Below, piece by piece: positions 26,882 to 32,000 of a stretch of DNA of 32,000 nt. The stretch comes from Sinorhizobium meliloti (GTDB taxonomy: Bacteria; Pseudomonadota; Alphaproteobacteria; Rhizobiales; Rhizobiaceae). The notes beneath the pieces are model-generated. The model did no database searches. It saw nothing but the letters and a program-made list of their open reading frames with translations, and was not told the origin of the DNA. Numbering within the stretch: position 1 is the stretch's first letter; each line of letters begins with the position of its first letter. Where the stretch lies: positions 690,001-722,000 of the forward strand of contig NZ_JAGIOS010000003.1 in the NCBI RefSeq assembly GCF_017876815.1. Direction: 5' to 3'. The position numbers and the translations under genes are program-made.

Positions 26882-27555
26882 GCGAGAAAGTGCCCGGTAA
26901 TGGCGGCTCGAAGCATTTGTTCTACGGCGTCCTCAATCCTGTTGACCGCTCCAACGAGGTGCTCTTTGGATTGATCATGGTCATGACGTTCACGAATTCG
27001 CTGAGCACCACGGAAGCAGGACGAGCGGATGTGCGGTCAATGCTGGTTGGAGCTGTCGGCTGCAATCTGGCGTGGGGTATCATTGACGCAGTCATGTACT
27101 TCATGAGCTCGATGGCTGAGCGCAAGCTTTCGGAGCGAACGGTTCACCGTGTGCGGACAGCTGATGACGTTAAAGCGGCTCGCGGTATCGTGGCAGAGGC
27201 ACTGCCGGGCATCATTCTGCCAGCGCTTTCGTCCGAAGACCTGGAACGGATACGCCGGCACCTGGCCAGCCTCCCTGACGATGAGGTGCGCGCGCGACCC
27301 ACCACGCGTGATGTCATCAGCGCGCTAGGTGTCTTTCTGTTGGTCTTCCTTTGCACATTTCCGGTCGTTTTTCCGTTCATCGTCATGACAAACGCCCTGG
27401 CCGCAGTGAAGGTCTCCAACGCGATAGCCACTGCTCTGTTGTTTCTGGCCGGGTATACTCTGGGACGTCACTCCGGCAACCCAGTGGGTCTGGCGCTTGC
27501 GATGGTCGCGATTGGTTTGATTCTGGTGGCCTTAGCCTCGGCCCTCGGGGGATGA
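26878..27555 (+). CDS. VIT1/CCC1 (DUF125) family Fe/Mn transporter-like membrane protein
   Basis: Internal ATG 26878 of ORF 26797..27555 forms an ATGA overlap with the cax stop. NEVLFGLIMVMTF... followed by a cytoplasmic helical segment and the C-terminal TM bundle VFLLVFLCTFPVVFPFIV ... ALLFLAGYTLG ... LAMVAIGLILVALASALGG. Confidence 0.8.
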   Translation: MSEKVPGNGGSKHLFYGVLNPVDRSNEVLFGLIMVMTFTNSLSTTEAGRADVRSMLVGAVGCNLAWGIIDAVMYFMSSMAERKLSERTVHRVRTADDVKAARGIVAEALPGIILPALSSEDLERIRRHLASLPDDEVRARPTTRDVISALGVFLLVFLCTFPVVFPFIVMTNALAAVKVSNAIATALLFLAGYTLGRHSGNPVGLALAMVAIGLILVALASALGG

Positions 27556-27709
27556 CACGCAAGTTCAGCATCGCTTTGAGCCGCTCCAGTTTAAATGGAA
27601 ACGATTCTGCTGGCTCGAGCGAGTGGAATGTTTGCTCGGCTGGCGCGCGTCGTAGCCCAAGAAACGGCAAGCAGAGCCGACGACCGCAGACGCACAGCGC
27701 CGGACGTGC

Positions 27710-28564
27710 TCAGAAAAGGTTTGGCACCGTGCGGCGGCGCGTATCTCCTTCGAAATCAGCCGGCCGCTTCTGACGCTTGCCAAGGTCGGGTTCCACGAAC
27801 TTCACCCGTTCGTAGGGAATTGAGGAAAGAATATGAGCGATACAATTCACGCGCGCCTGCTTTTTATTATCCGATGGGACGATCCACCATGGCGCATCGT
27901 CGGTGTCTGTCATCCTGATCATCTCGTCATAGGCTCGAGTGTAGTCCCACCAGCGCCGATAGGATTCGACATCCATCGGTGATAGCTTCCATTGGCGCAG
28001 CGGATCATTGATGCGTTGCCGGAATCGGCGGTCCTGTTCCTCCTCGCTTACATCGAGGAAATATTTAAGCAGCACTATTCCGCTTTCAATCATCGCTGCC
28101 TCGAACCGGGGAGCGATCTCCAGAAAGCGCTTTGCCTTCTTCTCCGAGCAGAAGCCCATTACGCGCTCGACGCCGGGTCTGTTGTACCAGGATCGGTCGA
28201 AGATCACGACTTCGCCGGCCGCCGGAAGCTGCTGTATATAGCGTTGCATGTAAATCTGCGTCTTCTCACGATCCGTCGGCGCAGGTAGGGCCACGACACG
28301 AAAGACGCGTGGGCTGACTCGCTCAGTGATCCGTTTTATCACGCCGCCCTTGCCGGCCGCGTCTCGTCCCTCGAAGACGATGACGATCCGAGCCCCTGTC
28401 TGCTTCACCCAAGCCTGCAAATGAGCAATCTCCTCCTGCAATCGGGCCAGCTCTTTTGCATAGTTTCCAACGGACCGCTTTTCGGAGCCCTTGGTCGCAG
28501 CGGATTTCCTGTCCTCCCCCTTCCAGTGATTGTTCTTTTTTCTGTCGTCGGTGTGCTTGTCCAT
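27710..28564 (-). CDS. ppk2: Polyphosphate kinase 2 (PPK2) family protein
   Basis: GAGGAGGGG SD upstream. Motifs IVIVFEGRDAAGKGGVIKRI (Walker A), IFDRSWYNR and RQWKLSPMD...DTDDAPWWIVPSDNKKQARVN are the PPK2 hallmarks. 284 aa, single-domain type. Confidence 0.95.
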   Translation of the reverse strand: MDKHTDDRKKNNHWKGEDRKSAATKGSEKRSVGNYAKELARLQEEIAHLQAWVKQTGARIVIVFEGRDAAGKGGVIKRITERVSPRVFRVVALPAPTDREKTQIYMQRYIQQLPAAGEVVIFDRSWYNRPGVERVMGFCSEKKAKRFLEIAPRFEAAMIESGIVLLKYFLDVSEEEQDRRFRQRINDPLRQWKLSPMDVESYRRWWDYTRAYDEMIRMTDTDDAPWWIVPSDNKKQARVNCIAHILSSIPYERVKFVEPDLGKRQKRPADFEGDTRRRTVPNLF

Positions 28565-28674
28565 TGGCCCCTCCTCTATTGCTTAGGGGTTGCTGTCCCT
28601 ATCGGCACTAAATCTGCGGCTGAGTACCCGACAGGTATTGACGTCTGCGCTGGGCGCGGCGCAGCCGACCCTCC

Positions 28675-29904
28675 TCAATGGCCCTTGAAGACCAGCGTCT
28701 GGACCGGCAAGAGCAGGGCCTGAAGCCTGAGGATCATGGCGTGCACCAATCCCACCGCATCGACGACATGCAGAAATAGCCAGTGCGGTGTGCTGATGCC
28801 GGGCGCATGTAGTGCATCGTGATTGCTCGTGTACGCGTTGGCAATGCAACTGCTTCCAGGTGGTATGCCGCTGAACTGTCCCTCGTAGAGCGGCTCCAGA
28901 TAGGCAGTCAGCGTGCCAGGACTGGCAAGTTGCTGCGCGTCGACGAGCTGGTCGGTCGGACGAACTTGGCCGGCGGCGATGACGTCTTGCACCTCCGTCA
29001 CCACCATCGGGATGATGGTGAACGGCTTGCCGATGCAGGTCGCCTCGGCAATCATCCCGGCCTTCATCACCTGTGCCTCGATCTGGCCGAAGCCAGCGAT
29101 CAGGCCAATGCGGCGTTGCTCGGGAACCAGGATGCCGGCCGAGCGAATCATCGGATTGACGATATCTCCAGCTCGGAGCGCGAACTGCTGGACTACGCCG
29201 GCGGTTCCAGCCCGTACGATCGTCTTGTCGAGCTCCACCTGGGCTTGGGTCAGCGCCGCTTCAGCGCTCGCCTTCTGAGCCGGCAGGAGTGAGGCGATTT
29301 TCGTTTCCAAGGTCCGCTTGTTGGAGATCGACGCGGCACGCGCGCCATCGCGACCATCGACAGCGACCTGAAGCCGCTCGATTTCGCGCCTTGCGACGAT
29401 GTTAGGGTTGCGCTGGTTCAATTCGACCTGCGTCTCGAGTTCATTCAGCGCCTGGAGATAGTCGCCCTCGGCTTGGGCGATAAGGCCGTCGGCGGAGGCG
29501 AGTTCGCTCTGCGCAACAATTGCCTCTGCCTCGATCTCGGCGACGCGTCGGCGGGCGGTCTCAAGTGCTGCCCGTTGCTCGGAATCGTCGAGGCGGAAGA
29601 GGGGAGCACCGGCAGAAACCTTCTCGTTGAGGTCAACATAAACCTCTGCTACTCGCCCGGTTGATTCGGGCATGATCGTTACCGTGCGGAACACCGCGGT
29701 GACGTTGCTGGTAGATGGATGGAAGTAGAAGATCATTGTGATCAGTGAAATGGTTAGGATAAGGCAGGCCGTTATGCCGTATCGGAGCTCAAACCACATG
29801 GAATAGAGATTTATCTCACGGCCGACACGCTTGCCTTGGACATAGCGGCGGACGAGGTAGTCCGGAAAAATGGTGAGCAGCGAGCAGATCAGGAATTCCA
29901 GCAC
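28675..29904 (-). CDS. HlyD-family membrane-fusion-like protein (YiaV-like)
   Basis: ORF 28675..29937. N-terminal TM helices, a biotinyl-lipoyl-like hairpin TGRVAEVYVDLNEKVSAGAPLFRLD, a long coiled coil and the beta-barrel part IVRAGTAGVVQQFALRAGDIV. In-frame GTG 29904 sits 4 nt after the upstream gene's TGA and follows GGAGGGGG, so it is preferred over ATG 29937. Confidence 0.85.
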   Translation of the reverse strand: MLEFLICSLLTIFPDYLVRRYVQGKRVGREINLYSMWFELRYGITACLILTISLITMIFYFHPSTSNVTAVFRTVTIMPESTGRVAEVYVDLNEKVSAGAPLFRLDDSEQRAALETARRRVAEIEAEAIVAQSELASADGLIAQAEGDYLQALNELETQVELNQRNPNIVARREIERLQVAVDGRDGARAASISNKRTLETKIASLLPAQKASAEAALTQAQVELDKTIVRAGTAGVVQQFALRAGDIVNPMIRSAGILVPEQRRIGLIAGFGQIEAQVMKAGMIAEATCIGKPFTIIPMVVTEVQDVIAAGQVRPTDQLVDAQQLASPGTLTAYLEPLYEGQFSGIPPGSSCIANAYTSNHDALHAPGISTPHWLFLHVVDAVGLVHAMILRLQALLLPVQTLVFKGH

Positions 29905-29908
29905 AATT

Positions 29909-30397
29909 TCACCCCCTCCGTTCCGCCTTCTCGTCACCTGCCACGGGCTCTATCTCGAGCGGCACCCATTGTGGCGGGCCTGCGTGGGATTCGCTGGCTC
30001 GCGGGGGCATCGCCGCCGGCTGGGCACTCGTCCCGGGTTCGTCGGTTCCATCGTGGCGGTCGGCCATTTTCGCCAGCGAGCGAGCGATCGATTCGACTGG
30101 AGACGAGAAGTTCGGAAATTCGACCATGGCAAGTAGGAGAGCCGCAATCCAGAACAAGTGATTGTGGGTGAAGAGCGCGACCAGCGCCAAGACGCCGACG
30201 ATCTGCAACTGCACTTTGCTGGCGCCATGCGCCATGTGCTCGGGCAAAGCGTGCAGGCGCAGGTAAAGGATGCCGACCACAAAGACCATCAGCAAGACGA
30301 AGACGATCATCACGTTGAAAAGAACGTCGGTCTGACCCGGCGCGGTGATGAACGGCGGCAGATGGGCAACCGCAGCCGGATGCAAGGAATCTTCCAT
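29909..30397 (-). CDS. Small inner-membrane protein, DUF3302 (YiaW)-like, with a Pro/Ala/Glu-rich C-terminal extension
   Basis: ORF 29909..30418. ATG 30397 follows GGGGGAG by 7 nt. Two TM helices with the pattern LRLHALPEHMAHG...LVALFTHNHLFWIAALLLA resemble E. coli YiaW as I recall it (ILHDIP...SLFTLHVIWP). It lies immediately upstream of a YiaV-like gene, as in E. coli yiaWV. Confidence 0.65.
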   Translation of the reverse strand: MEDSLHPAAVAHLPPFITAPGQTDVLFNVMIVFVLLMVFVVGILYLRLHALPEHMAHGASKVQLQIVGVLALVALFTHNHLFWIAALLLAMVEFPNFSSPVESIARSLAKMADRHDGTDEPGTSAQPAAMPPRASESHAGPPQWVPLEIEPVAGDEKAERRG

Positions 30398-30535
30398 CTC
30401 TGCGCTCCCCCTTCCCATAAAGTGGCAGGAGCCGCTGGCTGCGGCAAAAATGCTTGAACCTAAGGCAAGTAGAGAAGGGGACTAATCACCTCAATTTCCT
30501 TAAGTCTAATATTACGCCAGAACGCGTCGGTGGCA

Positions 30536-30549
30536 TTGATCGTGGTCAA
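30536..30549 (-). promoter_or_regulatory. FNR/FixK-type anaerobox TTGATCGTGGTCAA
   Basis: Perfect TTGA-N6-TCAA (9/10 to TTGAT-N4-ATCAA). The centre is about 145 nt upstream of ATG 30397 on the minus strand and about 356 nt upstream of the AI-2E gene on the plus strand. Confidence 0.5.
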
Positions 30550-30898
30550 TATCGATAGGTAATAACTTGCGGACGGTCCCGTCAATTCCTCATCATTCAC
30601 GCGCTTGTAAAACCTGCCTATGAGCGAAGTTCTGTGTACGACGAAATGCGCAAAGCCGGAACGTTGATTGACGTATGCTACGGTATGTTACTGCTGTGCT
30701 ACCGATAAGCGGCGTACGATCAACGATCATCTTTTTCTGCATGAGGGTGACCTGGCCCCCGCGACGGAACGATCGGTGCGGAAGACAGGTCTTGCGTTGC
30801 TTCAACTGAAATGGCCCTGCGCGACCGGGTCGAACGCACAAGCCTCAAAAACCACGCGGATGAGCTTTTTGTTTCCGGCATTAAACGCGAGGTGCGCC

Positions 30899-32000
30899 AT
30901 GGACGACAATCCATCATCCCAAAGAAACCCGGGCCCGGTTAATCCCGCCGCGCGGCCGTCTATCGAGCCGAGAATCACGGAGATCGCGCGGATCGGCCTG
31001 GTTGGACTTTTCGCCTACTGGTCTTTTACCTTGATCGCGCCGTTTGCGATTATTCTTATCTGGGCCGCGATCCTGGCTGTAGCCCTTTATCCAGCCTATG
31101 CTGCGCTTTCAGCTATTCTCGGCCACCGGCCCCGCGTGGCGGCGCTCGTCATTACAATGCTGGGGCTGCTCGTTATCGTCGCTCCGCTCGCAGCCATTGC
31201 GATCAGTTTTGCCGAGGGAGTACAGGTGGTGCTTGCAAGACTCAATGATCGATCTCTGCTGATTTCGGCGCCACCCGACAGTATTCGCAGTTTTCCGCTT
31301 ATCGGCGAGCGCATCTATTCCGTCTGGAGTATGGCTTCCGACAATCTTGAAGCCGTATTGCAACAGATCAAGCCTTCGCTCCTGCAAGCGGGCAGCAAGG
31401 CGCTCGGCAAAATCGCGTCGATCGGTGCCGACCTGCTCAGCTTTGTGGTTTCCGTTCTTGTCGCCGGTTTTCTCTTCGGGTCCGGAGCACGGCTGGCAAA
31501 CAGTGCGCAGGGATTTGCGAGCAGAATGGGTGGGGATAGAGGCGTTGGCTTTCTGCAACTGGCAGCGGCAACGATCCGCAACGTGGCGCGGGGTGTGATC
31601 GGTGTCGCTCTCTTGCAAGCCTTTATCTGCGTTTTGATCCTGAGTCTTTTCAAAGTTCCTGCACCCGGTGCAATCGCCTTCGTCGTCCTTATCCTCTGCA
31701 TCATTCAGATTGGACCGGCGTTGGTTCTGCTGCCGGTAATCGTCTGGGCGTGGACCTCAATGGAATTCGGGATGGCTGCCTTGTTCACGATCTTGCTGAT
31801 ACCGCTCCTCATCATCGATAATGTCATGAAGCCAATCCTGGTCGCGCGCGGACTTTCCACACCGACACTCGTGATTTTGTTGGGTGTGCTCGGCGGCACG
31901 CTTTCTTACGGATTGATAGGACTTTTTCTGGGGCCGATCGTTCTCAGCGTGTTCCACAGTTTACTATTAATATGGATGAACACGGACACCGTAGGATCGG
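30899..32000 (+). CDS. AI-2E family (PerM/UPF0118) transporter, 5' part; the gene runs off the right edge
   Basis: My own translation from ATG 30899 stays open to the window end: MDDNPSSQRNPGPV...IGLVGLFAYWSFTLIAPFAIILIWAAILAVALYP...LLIPLLIIDNVMKPILVARGLSTPTLVILLGVLGGTLSYGLIGLFLGPIVLSV. The last block is the family signature. It is absent from the ORF track because there is no stop in the window. Confidence 0.85.
   Translation, partial: MDDNPSSQRNPGPVNPAARPSIEPRITEIARIGLVGLFAYWSFTLIAPFAIILIWAAILAVALYPAYAALSAILGHRPRVAALVITMLGLLVIVAPLAAIAISFAEGVQVVLARLNDRSLLISAPPDSIRSFPLIGERIYSVWSMASDNLEAVLQQIKPSLLQAGSKALGKIASIGADLLSFVVSVLVAGFLFGSGARLANSAQGFASRMGGDRGVGFLQLAAATIRNVARGVIGVALLQAFICVLILSLFKVPAPGAIAFVVLILCIIQIGPALVLLPVIVWAWTSMEFGMAALFTILLIPLLIIDNVMKPILVARGLSTPTLVILLGVLGGTLSYGLIGLFLGPIVLSVFHSLLLIWMNTDTVGS

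Noticed and set aside
1-32000. Search for mobile elements, CRISPR arrays, tRNA/rRNA genes and phage or defence genes.
   Set aside because: I saw no transposase-, integrase- or recombinase-like ORF, no regularly spaced direct repeats, and no long terminal inverted repeats. No translated ORF resembles a known defence or toxin-antitoxin family. tRNA detection by eye is unreliable, so a tRNAscan/Infernal run would be needed to exclude small RNAs formally.

Overview
High-GC alphaproteobacterial (rhizobial) accessory DNA. From memory, the gene content resembles a Sinorhizobium/Ensifer symbiotic megaplasmid that carries arcABC next to Orn/Lys/Arg decarboxylase genes; I cannot verify this without a database search. 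I found no rRNA, tRNA, CRISPR array or transposase. The window is almost entirely coding and splits into six blocks. (1) 1-6454: an acid-sugar catabolic locus. One minus-strand operon encodes a DapA-family aldolase/dehydratase, an enolase-superfamily dehydratase and a CUT1-type ABC importer (SBP, two permeases, ATPase running off the left edge). A 2-keto-3-deoxy-galactonokinase-like gene is divergent from it. (2) 6455-8369: a decayed stretch with frame-broken ORF pieces, a minimal TVGYGD K+ channel, an aquaporin NPA-box remnant and a conserved hypothetical. (3) 8370-11617: a tightly packed arginine deiminase operon, arcA-arcB-arcC, on the minus strand. (4) 11988-15555: four consecutive exported proteins of unknown function, including a DUF3300/DUF2950 pair. 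(5) 15953-25527: an AdiC-like APA antiporter, a CDF transporter, two overlapping wing-domain PLP decarboxylases (CadA/AdiA-like, then SpeC/SpeF-like), a PotE-like antiporter and an orphan family-3 SBP. (6) 25736-32000: a translationally coupled Ca2+/H+ antiporter and VIT-family gene, a convergent PPK2, a DUF3302 (YiaW-like) plus HlyD (YiaV-like) pair, and the 5' part of an AI-2E transporter. The main signal not explained by the genes is a set of four perfect TTGA-N6-TCAA (FNR/FixK-type) palindromes plus one near-perfect copy. All lie in intergenic DNA in front of the arc operon, the exported-protein cluster, the antiporter, the decarboxylase operon and the DUF3302-HlyD pair. This suggests one oxygen-limitation regulon linking arginine fermentation, polyamine-forming decarboxylation and several uncharacterised envelope proteins.
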